From assembly GCF_001194135.2 (NCBI RefSeq), contig NC_069004.1, positions 14,900,048-14,964,047 on the forward strand: a stretch of 64,000 bases of DNA, read 5' to 3'. The first letter of the stretch is position 1. The number at the start of each line of letters is the position of its first letter. Under the pieces are notes generated by a model, which saw only the letters and a list, made by a program, of their open reading frames with translations, did not search any database and was not told the DNA's origin. This document shows positions 1 through 12,449 of this stretch, piece after piece. This stretch comes from Octopus bimaculoides. Its lineage: Eukaryota. The translations under genes were made by a program, and so were the position numbers.

Positions 1-140
1 TTCCATCTCTCTTTGCTTCACCCATCTTTATCTATAATTATTACCTTTACCTGCTCTCTGTCTCTCTGTCTCTCTATCTATCTATCTATCTCCTTTCTTT
101 TTCTCTTTCTCTCCTTCTTCTTCTTACACACTGTCTGACC

Positions 141-181
<41 letters not shown>

Positions 182-357
182 ACCAACTCTCCCTTCACCT
201 CCCTCTGCCAACTACCTCCTAGATCTTCCACTTCCCTCCTGTTCTCCCTCTGCCGCTCCCCCCAACACACCCACGCTGATACACACCCACCCACCCTGCA
301 CAGCACTTATTATTTCATTAAAAGACAATATTCGAATATCTCCCTTTGCCTCACCTT

Positions 358-792
358 NNNNNNNNNNNNNNNNNNNNNNNNNNNNNNNNNNNNNNNNNNN
401 NNNNNNNNNNNNNNNNNNNNNNNNNNNNNNNNNNNNNNNNNNNNNNNNNNNNNNNNNNNNNNNNNNNNNNNNNNNNNNNNNNNNNNNNNNNNNNNNNNNN
501 NNNNNNNNNNNNNNNNNNNNNNNNNNNNNNNNNNNNNNNNNNNNNNNNNNNNNNNNNNNNNNNNNNNNNNNNNNNNNNNNNNNNNNNNNNNNNNNNNNNN
601 NNNNNNNNNNNNNNNNNNNNNNNNNNNNNNNNNNNNNNNNNNNNNNNNNNNNNNNNNNNNNNNNNNNNNNNNNNNNNNNNNNNNNNNNNNNNNNNNNNNN
701 NNNNNNNNNNNNNNNNNNNNNNNNNNNNNNNNNNNNNNNNNNNNNNNNNNNNNNNNNNNNNNNNNNNNNNNNNNNNNNNNNNNNNNNNNNNN
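358..792. other. Assembly gap (N)
   Basis: Run of N. Confidence 1.
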
Positions 793-826
<34 letters not shown>

Positions 827-1300
827 GTCTCTTGGTTATTTTCCTGCATTCGGGGATTTTTTCTCTTTTTTTGCTATTTTTTCCTGAAATTATTTTTTTT
901 GTTTATGTTGATGTTTATGTTTACATTGCATTTTATGTTACTCTTCTGTTTTTGTTTATGCCTAATTTACTTGTGTTTCATTTACATTTATAATTAGTTT
1001 CAGTCCCTCATTAATATTTGTTTACATTTTGCCTTAGATTTTTTTCTTTTTTTTTTTGCCTTGTTTTTCTTTTCTATTTCTGTATTTGTAGTTTTATTAT
1101 TTTAATATTTTTCGCTTGGTTTTGTAACTTAACTATGAAACATTTACATTTTAATGTATTTTTACTAAATGATCATAATGATAATGAAGCAATATTAATC
1201 TTGTCGTAGTTGCTATTATTGTTTAGCCACAGGTCAGCCCTGATCCAGCTGACCTATGTTCAAAAGTGTTCCAGCCAGAGCCATTCTATTGTCTTTTTAG

Positions 1301-1344
<44 letters not shown>

Positions 1345-1418
1345 ATACAAATGATATGTGAGTATATGCATGTATACATACATATATGTACATACTTACA
1401 TCTACATGTATATATAGG

Positions 1419-1750
1419 TGCATATCCGGGTACAGGACGTCAAAAATACGTGAACAAAAAAGGAACAGGAACATAAATAAAGCACAAAAAACGAACTTTT
1501 TTATGGACAACAGAATGAACACATAGGAAAACAGACAAGCCACGTATGGAACTTTCCCTTCATCAGTTGCCTCTATTCTAAACTAGGCGTGTTTCGAAGA
1601 TGAGGCAGAACGCGCTCTTAGAATAGCTCTTCCCACAAAGGAAATTAAATAAAACCTACTATGCGGAGGATTCCAAAGTGGCAAACAGAAACCAAGACAG
1701 GGAAAACTAAACAGTGAAAACAATGTTGAGGGCCGTTAAGCCAAACGAGA
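1419..1750. mobile_element. Partial copy of a TIR-type repeat related to 50552-50949
   Basis: Starts tgcatat.cgggtacaggacgtca beside a (TA)n tract and shares internal words (ccttcatcagttg, tttcga, gagggcgttag-like) with the 50.6 kb copy. No right terminus seen. Confidence 0.45.
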
Positions 1751-2034
1751 TGAGATACTGAATGCTGTGATGTGACGAACTTGAGCAGAGAGAGAGATAG
1801 CAGATTGTGTTGCCTTTATGCTGGCCGAATGGAGAAAGGAAGAGGTGACCACAGGTCACGTGTGATCAAGGAGGAGTGGTAGAGAGAGGAAATGGAAGCA
1901 AGTTGAACATAGGTGAGCGACGAGAGACAGGGAGGAAGAGTAAGAGAGAGATATAGAAGTGAAGGGGAGAAGCAAGGACAACAGAAGGATGAAGAACGAG
2001 AGGGGGAGATAGGTAAGAAGAAGTACATATATAT

Positions 2035-2290
2035 ATATAGTACAATCAAGGATGTACTCAAAGCAAAGCTGAACAAAACCATATATGCCAGACTCTTCAA
2101 TAGTACCTTCCTACATGCACTCTTATATGCAAGTGAGATATGGGCTACTTAGGAAGAGAGAAGAGCATCAACTGGCTTTAATGCATAGGGGTCATAGAAA
2201 GGTCCATGTTAAGAATATCATTGAGCATATCCAAAACAAGATAATTTGAGAATGGAGCAGAGTGAATGACATAGTTACAGAATATCAACA
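2035..2290 (+). mobile_element. RTE-like LINE ORF2 fragment (post-RT region)
   Basis: Translates ARLFNSTFLHALLYASEIWAT*..., matching the LFNSxxLPALLYASETW motif; contains stops and frameshifts. Confidence 0.7.
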
Positions 2291-2299
2291 TCGTTTAAT

Positions 2300-2520
2300 T
2301 AAATCATCTTCCCATTGTCATGAAGGCCTTTTGAGTGACTTTTCCAATCTCTTGGGTAACACTTAGCAACAGCATGGGTCCACCTGTTGTCTGTGAACCT
2401 TGCAACATGTTCCAGCTGAACAGAACTTGTGCTTTTGGTACTATGTGATCTCACCATTCACTCTGCTCTGTTCCCAAATTTTCTCATTTCAGATTTGCTC
2501 TTTCACAGGTGGAAGATTTG
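2300..2520 (-). mobile_element. RTE-like LINE ORF2 3' fragment, tail-to-tail with 2035-2290
   Basis: Minus strand encodes HVARFTDNRWTHAVAKCYPRDWK, matching WAGHVAR..DNRWT..V.EW.PR. Confidence 0.7.
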
Positions 2521-2565
2521 GGCTGGATATGGCTGATTTAAATACTAAAGGATTTAAATTTAGAT

Positions 2566-2830
2566 CAGTGGTTTTCAACCAGGGTCCATCTGGCCCTTGT
2601 GGAGTCCATGTAAAATTTTGTTGCTAAAATTTATGTGCAATAAATTGGTTATATTTCTACAATATGCAAAATATTTTCACAATTTCTTTAATACATTTCC
2701 TGATAATATTTAATTATAAATATATAATTAATTTTTTTAAAAACTAAAAAGGCTATTAGGATCCATCCAGGTAAAATAGGAATCAAAGGGGTTCATAGGT
2801 AAAAAAAAAAAAAGTGGCTGAGAAACACCG
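2566..2830. mobile_element. hAT (Charlie-like) MITE
   Basis: Left TIR cagtggttttcaacc; right ggctgagaaacaccg; 8-bp flanks atttagat/atttaaat (7/8 match), consistent with a hAT target-site duplication. Confidence 0.7.
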
Positions 2831-2851
2831 ATTTAAATCAAACTATACTTG

Positions 2852-3240
2852 CTCACATATGGCTTTCTTCACCATGTGGCTTCACTCACATCTGGCTTTC
2901 TTCACCATGTTCCTTCACTCACATCTGACTTTCTTCACCATGTGGCTTCACTCACATCTGACTTTCTTCACCATGTGGCTTCACTCACATCTGGCTTTCT
3001 TCACCATGTGGCTTCACTCACATCTGACTTTCTGNNNNNNNNNNNNNNNNNNNNNNNNNNNNNNNNNNNNNNNNNNNNNNCCTTCACTCACATCTGACTT
3101 TCTTCACCATGTGGCTTCACTCACATCTGACTTTCTTCACCATGTGGCTTCACTCACATCTGGCTTTCTTCACCATGTGGCTTCACTCACATCTGACTTT
3201 CTGCACCATGTGGCTTCACTCACATCTGGCTTTCTTCACC
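2852..3240. repeat. 33-bp minisatellite, at least 10 visible units, interrupted by an N gap
   Basis: Unit cttcactcacatctg(a/g)ctttcttcaccatgtgg repeated directly with no spacers. Confidence 0.95.
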
Positions 3241-3584
3241 AACTCAAGTCTATGGCTGAATACACTTGTTCAAGGTGCTATGTAGCAGGATTGATCTTGC
3301 AACTATTCAGTTGCAAAGCAGACTTCTAACCAAGTTTATTCCACATCACTATATTTCATTGTTCTTCTGGTGCATCACAGAACAATATTCTTTTTTTGTT
3401 TGTTTCTTTGTCTGTTGTTTTTTTTGTTTTGTTTTTTTTGTTTAAATAGCAGACTGGTAAAGTAAATAATCGCATAGTATTAAGATGATAGTGATTAAAT
3501 TAACAGATTACTAATCATATAGTAAAGATGGAGGGGAGGGCAGTTTAATTAACTAATTATGTCTCTCGCTTAAAATTTGTCAGA

Positions 3585-3688
<104 letters not shown>

Positions 3689-4644
3689 AAATGTAAGAAA
3701 TCAGTATTTACTCTTCTTGTTTAATTAATTGTTAGAAAACCAGAAATTAGAGATGAGAAAACTGAGGTAGGTGTGTGTGTGTGTGTGTGAAAATATATAT
3801 ATATATAGACACATAAATAAATAAATAAATATATATATATATATATATAATATTAATTCATAAAACAGTGTAAACAAATGAAGTAAAAAAAAACAGAATA
3901 GAATAAAGTCTGATGAATAAGGTATTAGCTTAATGTTTGCAAGAAAGGGTAAGACTGTCTTTGATATTTCTGATGTGAATTATAAAGGAGAGAGGGGTGT
4001 AGAGAGAGAGAGAGAACAGGTATATCATCACCATCATCATCATTATTATCATCATCATAACTATCAACATCATTTAACTTCCATTTTTCATGCATTGTGC
4101 TCCATGTCAGATTTGGCATGGTTTCTGCAGCTATTAGCCCTTTCTATTGCCAATCACTTTACAGTGTGTACTGGGTGCTTTTTTTTTTGTGCCACTAATA
4201 CACTTAGAAGAAAAGGGGCAAAAAGGGAAAAGCCCCCCTTGCCTAAGTAGGGTAGGGTGGAGAATTTATGACAGGGACAAGCACAGATGTCTTGCTATGG
4301 AGAAGATACATGGCTATCCTGCATTTATATAAAGGTGGAAAGGAATATCTGGGTTGCCAGAACAAAACCTTCAGAAAGAAAGGGATTATAAGGGCAGTGG
4401 TTCAGGAGGGGATAGTGACAGAGGGTTTGATATTGGTGTCAAGGTGCATGTAGTGAGTGATGAACAGGAGTGGAGATGCAGCTTGAGGAATATCATTTGG
4501 GGAAGCAATTAGGAAGAGAGCAATAGGAGTGGCTCAGGGGTTGAAAGTTCAATGCTTATGGATATGTGTATGTGTGTGTTGCCCTCACATATCTACCATA
4601 GCCTCCTCCCCACTAGTCTCTCCAATTTCTCTTACCATCACTTT

Positions 4645-4848
4645 CTTATTTCTTTACTGCCCACAAGGGGCTACACACAGAGGGGACAAACAAGGACAGA
4701 CAAACAGGTTAAGTCGATTATATTGACCCCAGTGCATAACTGGTACTTATTTAATCGACCTCAGCGGAATTTGAGCTCAGAATGTAGCAGCAGATGAAAT
4801 ACCGCTAAGCATTTCGCCCGGCATGCTAACATTTCTGCCAGCTTGCTG
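4645..4848 (-). mobile_element. tRNA-derived SINE family B (Meta/MESC-like central domain)
   Basis: Reverse complement of the family consensus gagctggcagaa...gagttcaaattccgccgaggtcga...gtaccagtt...gtttgtcccctctgtgtgtagccccttgtgggcagtaaagaaat; has an internal deletion. Confidence 0.8.
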
Positions 4849-4899
4849 ACTTCACTTTCAACAGTTACCTCTTCTCTATCTTGAAACTCTTCTCTATCT

Positions 4900-5151
4900 A
4901 TTCAGCTCACGTTGTGTCCTTGAGCAAGACACTTTATTTCACGCTGCTCCAGTTCACTCATCTAGCAAAAATTTGTAGTACCTGTATTTCAAAGGGTCAG
5001 CTTTGTCACATTCTGTGTCGCGCTGAATCTCCCCGAGAACTATGTTGAGGATACGCTTGTCTCAGCCACTTGCACGGTAATTTCACGAGCAGGCTGTTCC
5101 GTTGATCGGATCAACTGGAACCATCGACGTCGTAAGCGACGGAGTGCCAAA

Positions 5152-5160
<9 letters not shown>
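4900..5160 (+). mobile_element. tRNA-derived SINE family D, 3' part
   Basis: Shares ...gctgaatctccccgagaacta...gttgatcggatcaactggaacc...cgtcgtaagcgacggagtgccaa with 28320-28645 and 39177-39545. Confidence 0.8.
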
Positions 5161-5183
<23 letters not shown>

Positions 5184-5404
5184 AAACAAAGACTTTCTTC
5201 CACTTGAGGATGTAGCTTAAATTCTGCATTATTTTAAAGGATTTTTTACATTTTGCATTAATGCAGGCATGTAAGTAATTTATTTTTTATTAAATATGAC
5301 AATATAAATTATTTACAGGTTTTTAAGTTAAAAAACAATTTGTCGTGATATTAAAATTTTCTTATTGTTAAATAAGATTTCATCAAACTATTTCTCTGTC
5401 ATTT

Positions 5405-6243
5405 NNNNNNNNNNNNNNNNNNNNNNNNNNNNNNNNNNNNNNNNNNNNNNNNNNNNNNNNNNNNNNNNNNNNNNNNNNNNNNNNNNNNNNNNNNNNNNNN
5501 NNNNNNNNNNNNNNNNNNNNNNNNNNNNNNNNNNNNNNNNNNNNNNNNNNNNNNNNNNNNNNNNNNNNNNNNNNNNNNNNNNNNNNNNNNNNNNNNNNNN
5601 NNNNNNNNNNNNNNNNNNNNNNNNNNNNNNNNNNNNNNNNNNNNNNNNNNNNNNNNNNNNNNNNNNNNNNNNNNNNNNNNNNNNNNNNNNNNNNNNNNNN
5701 NNNNNNNNNNNNNNNNNNNNNNNNNNNNNNNNNNNNNNNNNNNNNNNNNNNNNNNNNNNNNNNNNNNNNNNNNNNNNNNNNNNNNNNNNNNNNNNNNNNN
5801 NNNNNNNNNNNNNNNNNNNNNNNNNNNNNNNNNNNNNNNNNNNNNNNNNNNNNNNNNNNNNNNNNNNNNNNNNNNNNNNNNNNNNNNNNNNNNNNNNNNN
5901 NNNNNNNNNNNNNNNNNNNNNNNNNNNNNNNNNNNNNNNNNNNNNNNNNNNNNNNNNNNNNNNNNNNNNNNNNNNNNNNNNNNNNNNNNNNNNNNNNNNN
6001 NNNNNNNNNNNNNNNNNNNNNNNNNNNNNNNNNNNNNNNNNNNNNNNNNNNNNNNNNNNNNNNNNNNNNNNNNNNNNNNNNNNNNNNNNNNNNNNNNNNN
6101 NNNNNNNNNNNNNNNNNNNNNNNNNNNNNNNNNNNNNNNNNNNNNNNNNNNNNNNNNNNNNNNNNNNNNNNNNNNNNNNNNNNNNNNNNNNNNNNNNNNN
6201 NNNNNNNNNNNNNNNNNNNNNNNNNNNNNNNNNNNNNNNNNNA
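5405..6243. other. Assembly gap (N)
   Basis: Run of N. Confidence 1.
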
Positions 6244-6559
6244 TTTGATATATATATATATATTTGATATATGTTTGACTTCACTTCAAAAACCGTTAGG
6301 TGTACTAACTTGAAAAAAGCTGCATGCATATGTATACCCTGGGTGAACTTATAATGCAATAGATTCAACAGAGTGCAATTTAATGCCACATCTTAGGACA
6401 TGTATGCAGAAGAATCGCATGTCAAACTGAAATTTAAAGTGAATGTATTGTATATAAAACTGTAAATAAACAAGTTTTTGAGAATATATAAATTCTCCAT
6501 TCTTATTTCTTGTTATAGAATTGATATCCTAAAACTAAGGTACCATGTATAGAAAACAT

Positions 6560-6785
6560 CAATACAGGTGCTGGTGCCATGTAAAAAGCACTGGTGATGG
6601 TGCCATGTAGAAGCACCTAGTACACTCTGTAAAGTGGTTGGTGTTAGGAAGGGCATCCAGCTGCAGAAGCCCAGCCAAAACAGACTGTGGGAACCTGGTG
6701 CAGCCCTTAGTCTTGCCAGTTCCCGTCAAGTTGTCCAATCCATGCCAGCATGGACAACAAACATTAGATGATGATGATGGTGATG
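6560..6785 (+). mobile_element. RTE-LINE 3' UTR copy (family C) with (GAT)n tail
   Basis: gtggttggtgttaggaagggcatccagctg...ccatgccagcatgga...gatgatgatg. The same sequence follows RTE ORF2 ends at 44.7-45.6 kb and 61.5-61.8 kb. Confidence 0.75.
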
Positions 6786-7239
6786 CATGTATATGTATTA
6801 AGCATTTATTGATCAAAATAAAATGGTATAATACAAGGGATGTTTGGATCATTGTAATAGTTTGAAAAAGTGTCAAAGATGTTTCTATGGTTCTATTTTC
6901 ATTATACTTTCTGAAATACAATTAAGAAAAAGAAACAGATTAAAACTTATGTATAGGAAACTTAAAGAAAGTAAGAAAACATTCTAAAACTTTGGGCAAA
7001 ACCCGACCCAAAAGGTTTTAACACAATATTGATGCTTCCAGAATAATCTTTACAACAATGATAACAGAAAAATTATATTTTTGTTTGAATTTCATATTCA
7101 CAGAATTTCATCAAATTTTCCTCTAAGAAAATATTTGTCTTATAACTTTCTCATTATAATGAATACATACACATACATACATACATGTATATATTTTTGT
7201 ATGTATTTTGCTTCTCAGCTTGGCAAAATATTTTTATTG

Positions 7240-7364
7240 GTGCACACATGGTTGTGTGAGAAGATGTTTGCTTCCCAGTCACATGCCTCTGGATTTAGTT
7301 CCACTGTGTGACACCTTGACCAAGTGTCTTGTACTGTAGTCTTGGGTCAACCAANNNNNNNNNN

Positions 7365-7396
<32 letters not shown>

Positions 7397-7830
7397 CACA
7401 TAAATATTTTATACATGTATATATTTTTGTATGTATTTTGCTTCTCAGCTTGGCAAAATATTTTTATTGGTGCACACATGGTTGTGTGAGAAGATGTTTG
7501 CTTCCCAGTCACATGCCTCTGGATTTAGTTCCACTGTGTGACACCTTGACCAAGTGTCTTGTACTGTAGTCTTGGGTCAACCAAAGCATTGTGAATGGAT
7601 TCGAAAGATGGAAACTAAAAGAAGCCCACTGTGTGTGTGTCTTTGTCCCGCACCACTGCTTGACAATTGGTATTGGTTTGTCTATGCACCTGTAACTTAG
7701 CAGTTAGACAAAAGAGTTTGATAGAACAAGTACCAGGCTTTAAAAACATAAGTATTCAAGGCAATTTTTTTGGCTAACTTTTCAAAGTGCTGGCCAAGGA
7801 TGGCTGCAGTCCAATGATTGAAACAAGTAA
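7240..7830 (+). mobile_element. Degraded CORE-type SINE (family A)
   Basis: gttccactgtgtgacaccttgaccaagtgtctt core-like segment; ends gattgaaacaagtaaaagataaaag. Confidence 0.75.
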
Positions 7831-8134
7831 AAGATAAAAGAATACACACACACCCACGCACACACACACATACGTGCACACACACACACACACACACATA
7901 TTTAATTTAACAATAAAATTAATTTTACACGTCTATTTTATCTTTAGTTTTTTTTTTGTTTCATAATTTTGTCTTATGTTTATAATGCTTATTTTTGATT
8001 GATTATTTAATATTTCATTGTTTTAATTAATTAATAGAAAAAATATATTCTTTTTCCATAGTTTTTTTTTTTGTTTCATTTTTGTTATAACTCTGTTTTA
8101 TTTATAGAACGAAAAGTATGTGTTAAAGTGTGTG

Positions 8135-8175
<41 letters not shown>

Positions 8176-9234
8176 GTGTATGTGTGTGTGTGTTTGTGTG
8201 TGTGTAAACATTGAGGAGTGCTATGATTGCAAATCAGCTTTTCTATCATTGATTTTGCTATGCATGTATACCAGACAATTTTCTGTATAAAATGCATACG
8301 CACATGTACACGCACATATAAATATGTCTGTATGTATATATGTGTGTATTTAATATATATGTATAACTATATATATTTGCTTGTGTGTGTAATATATGTG
8401 TATAACTATGTGTGTGTAACATGTGTATAACTATGTGTGTGTGAGTATATATACACACATATATATGTATACATGCACACACACAGATATACACTGACAT
8501 GCATATACATCCTTGGCAGACGATTTTCTGTATCAAATATGTATATGCAAATAGTTGCATATATGAAAAAAAAATTGGTGTACATGTATATATACGTGTG
8601 TGTTTGTATGTATGAATACATGTTTGTGCACTTGTACATGTTTGTATATCTATAGTAGACAATTTTCTTCAAGCAATCAACTAAGTAATCATTGATAATA
8701 CTGGGTCTTTCTTGTTGTTGTTGTAAGATATAAGATTTGATTTAAATATCTTTGCATATTTTATGTATAGCTGGAAACGACTTCCATTTCTGGAACAAAA
8801 CAGTGACAGTTCAAAGATATAAACATCAAATATTGGCCAAAGAACCACGGTTAATAATCAATTCTTACAAATTTGTATCTTTCATCTTTTACTTGTTTCA
8901 TTCTTTGGACTGCAGCCATGCTGGGGCACCACCTTAAATGGTTTTTAGTCAAATAAATCAACCCCAGTTGTAACATGGTACTGACGGCAGACAATTACAA
9001 ACACAAAGAGACATACCCACATATATCCTGGTGAAAATGTGTTGTACCTGGAGTTCAAGAGAGCCAGCCGTGTCATATTCTGTGTACCTTGCTGAATCTC
9101 CCTGAGAACTACATTAAAGGTATGCATGTCTGTGGAGTATCCAACCACTTGCACATTAATTTCATTAGCAGGTTGTTCTGTTGATTGAATCAACTGACCC
9201 ATTTGTTATTGTAACTAACAAAGTGCCCTGCTAT

Positions 9235-9308
<74 letters not shown>

Positions 9309-9314
9309 CTATTA

Positions 9315-9545
9315 AGGCGGCGAGCTGGCAGAAACGTTAGCACGCCGAGCAAAATGCTTAGCAGTATTTCGTCTGCCGTTATGTTCTGAGTTCAAACCCC
9401 GCCGAGGTCTTTTTTGTCTTTCATCCTTTCTGGGTCGATTAACTAAGTACCAGTTATGCACTGGGGTTGATATAATCGACTTAATCCGTGTGTCTGTCCT
9501 TGTTTGTCCCCTCTGTGTGTAGCCCCTTGTGGGCAGTAAAGAAAT

Positions 9546-9548
<3 letters not shown>
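9315..9548 (+). mobile_element. Young SINE family B between (GATA)n tracts
   Basis: aggcggcgagctggcagaaacgttagc (A-box-like), ctgagttcaaacc (B-box-like), tail aaagaaataag. Confidence 0.85.
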
Positions 9549-9581
<33 letters not shown>

Positions 9582-9664
9582 CATATGTATAGAGAAGCAG
9601 GCAGCTGCAGCAATGCATTGTTGGGTGTAGAGAGCAAGATGAGGCAAGTAACGCATCTTGGTCA

Positions 9665-9950
9665 TTTACTGCATCTATCTCAGGGCCACCTGAGACATGC
9701 CAGTGGCATGTAAAAAGCACCATCCAAACATGGCCGATGCCAGTGCCCCCTGACTAGCTCCCGTGCTGGTGGCACGTAAAAAGCACCCACTACACTCTTG
9801 GAGTGGTTGTCGTTAGGAAGGACCTCCAGCTGCTGAAACATTGCCAGATCAAATTGAAACCTGGTGCAGCCGCTGGCTTTCCAGACCTCAGTCAAACCGT
9901 CCTACCCATGCCAGCATGGAAAACAGACGTTAAACAATGATGATGATAAT
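9665..9950 (+). mobile_element. RTE-LINE 3' UTR copy (family C)
   Basis: ggtggcacgtaaaaagcacccactacactc...ccatgccagcatggaaaacagacgttaaacaatgatgatg. Confidence 0.78.
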
Positions 9951-10935
9951 GTCTCTGTCCCCAGTTATCTTGATCAGATCTTGCCACTGGATTAGAGATG
10001 GTCACAGGTGAGAAAGCGAGGCTGATGGTGCACAACTCTTCTTCACTTTAAACAAATTCACCCCACAAGTTATCAGTCATCCTTAAGGATGACTGGATGG
10101 TCATCATCATTCTGACAGATGAACATGGTAAATTAAGATGGAAGTCATTAAGCAAAGAACCAGTCCAGGCTGATGGAGATATGGAATTGCTAGAATATTG
10201 GACAAGAAGATGTTTTGTACTGTACTCTCTGCTGGCTTTTTGCATTCTGAATTTCCACTCTGTCTCCTAACGCTAACCTCTTCATGGTATGCAACAGGTC
10301 TTTTAGGGCTCAGCTAATGGTGTAGGCTTCCAGTGTCAGATGAGTGAATGTCAATTAGAACATAAATGCTATAGCAGTAAGTGGGTTTCATTGTCAGATG
10401 AGTGAATGTCAATTAGAACATAAATGCTATAGCAGTAAGTGGGTTTCATTTTAGGGTGATTTAGCTGTTGTTTCTAGCTAGGTAAGCCACCATATAAAGG
10501 CACCTTATATATTGGTTGGGATTTTAGGCCTACCATTGAAATAATATTCAAGGTCCAAGGCCATTCTGATGAAAACCAGAAGGCACATAGCTTGATGTTT
10601 ACCCTCTAGTGCCATGCATGTCAAATTTGGTGGAGGACAAGAATACTTTTTGAACAATGCTCTGGAATGTGCTTCATGCTCTGACCACTAAACGGCTGCT
10701 AATTAGTACCTTTGACACTGTGGAATGCTTCCCGCCTTTTCTCTCCTCTACAGCAACATTGATCCCACTTCCTATCATTGCTACAAAGAAATGGGAGTAG
10801 TACCATATATTTTACCTACATTTTTTTGTATTGGTTGAACTTACATTGCAATATTTGTATATTGTCACAATGTATTATCTTTTTCCTATAGCATCGCTTT
10901 CAAGTCCATGTGCCTATTTGGTACTATAGGCATAA

Positions 10936-11733
10936 ATGGAAAATGCAAAGGGAAAGAATGATGATGATGTGTTGTTAGCTCGCCTCTTGGATGATGCAGA
11001 TGATCTGAAACCTAATATGGACAAAGATCTGGCATCCCTACTGTCCAGTCCAACATGGATTGACATTCCTTTCCAGGCACCTGATACTGAGTTCAAAGGC
11101 ACTATGGAAAGAGCACCAGATGACGGGAATTTGAAGACTCTATACCAGTTCTTCAAAGAATTCAAAATGGACAAAATGCTCAATGATGTTGTGACCGAAA
11201 CAAATATCTACAGCCACCAGAAAATTAAAACAATCATGAGAACAACGAAGAAGGAAGTAGAGATAGCACTCTACCACAGGATGGGTGTTGTGCAGGCTCA
11301 TTGTATTCACAGTCATTGGGAAAATAGTACCCGATATGAACCAGTCGCTGACCGCATGGGATGAGATCATTTCCAGAAGCTTGCATTCATGATTCACTTT
11401 GTCGACAACTTGAAAGTAAATGAGCAGAACAAGGCTGATGTCAAGGTGTGGAAATTGCACTCATGGCTAAAGGACTTTCACGCCGATCTCAAGAAGATCC
11501 CTCCGGAAGAACATCATCCTGTTGACAAAATAGTGGTTGCCTTCAAGGGGAGAGCAGCTCTAAAACAATACATGCAAGGAAAACCTCACCCTTGGAGCTT
11601 CAAGCTCTAGGCTAGAACAGGTGTATTTGGCATCCTGTATAATTTTGATGTCTATCAAGGTTCGGTTGACAGCAAGTGCAAAGTTCAATCTGCACTGGGG
11701 CTTGGTGGAGATGTGGTCCTCCAGATGACTGAG
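10936..11733 (+). pseudogene. piggyBac (PGBD3-like, DDE_Tnp_1_7) transposase remnant, 3'-truncated
   Basis: Single frame with two premature stops (TGA 11362-4, TAG 11608-10): ...LYQFFKEF...VVTETNIYS...RYEPVADRMG*DHFQKL..IHFVDN...VDKIVVAFKGRAALKQYMQGKPHPWSFKL*ARTGVFGILYNFDVYQG...GGDVVLQMT. Abuts a SINE B remnant at about 11734. Confidence 0.88.
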
Positions 11734-12021
11734 GCAAAATTCTTAGTGACATTTCATCTATCTTTATATCCTGAGTTCAAATGCTGCAAAAGTCGATTTT
11801 GCTTTCTTCCTTCTGGGGTCAATAAAATATGTACCAGTTGAGAATGGGGTCAATGAAAACGAATATTTCCTCCCCAAAAATTGCTAGCCCTATGCCAAAA
11901 CTGAAAACCAGTATTAATACAATGAATTTTGGCACATAACTGGTATTTTATTTTCTGTCTACTAAAAACATGAAGGATAATGTTCATCCAGCTTGATTTG
12001 AACTCAGAAAATAAAATACCC

Positions 12022-12182
12022 AGTGGTTGTGTGGTAAGAAGCTTGCTTCCTAACCACATGGTTCCAGGTTCAGTCCCACTATGTGACACCTTGAGTAAGT
12101 CTCTTCTACTATAGCCTCAGGCCAACCAAAGCCTTGTGAGTGGATTTGGTAGATGGAAACTGAAGGAAGTCTGCTGTGTGTG

Positions 12183-12222
<40 letters not shown>

Positions 12223-12445
12223 TGTGTATCTGTGTTTGTCCCCTCATCACCATTTGACAACTGGTGCTGGTGTGTTTACATCCCTGTAACTTAGATGTTC
12301 AAGAAAAGAGAGTGATACAATAAGTACCAGGCTTTATGAAAAAAGCTAAGTCCTGGGGTTGATTTGTTCGACTAAAACATTCATCAATGCATTGCCCCAA
12401 CATGGTCGCAGTCTAATGGCTGAAACAAGCGAAAGATAAAAGATA
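12022..12445 (+). mobile_element. CORE-type SINE (family A)
   Basis: gtggttgtgtggtaagaagcttgcttcctaaccacatggttccaggttcagtcccactatgtgacaccttgagtaagt...; internal (TG)n tract. Confidence 0.85.
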
Positions 12446-12449
12446 TCAT

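Noticed and set aside
310-993. Long ORFs spanning N runs (also 5365-6389, 51163-52210, 56306-56636, 62323-62789)
   Set aside because: They are open only because N codons are not read as stops.
1555-1610. Hammerhead-like words GAAAC and CTGATGA on the minus strand (also 50660-50720)
   Set aside because: The order would require type II topology, but the roughly 25 nt between them cannot form both stem III with an NUH site and stem I.
2852-3240. 33-bp array as a CRISPR array or repeat-protein CDS (ORF 2814-3329)
   Set aside because: No spacers, no cas genes, eukaryotic context; the frames are open only because the unit is a multiple of 3 and stop-free.
7181-7584. Identical 175-bp direct repeat either side of a short N gap
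   Set aside because: Typical of unmerged overlapping contig ends, so probably an assembly artefact.
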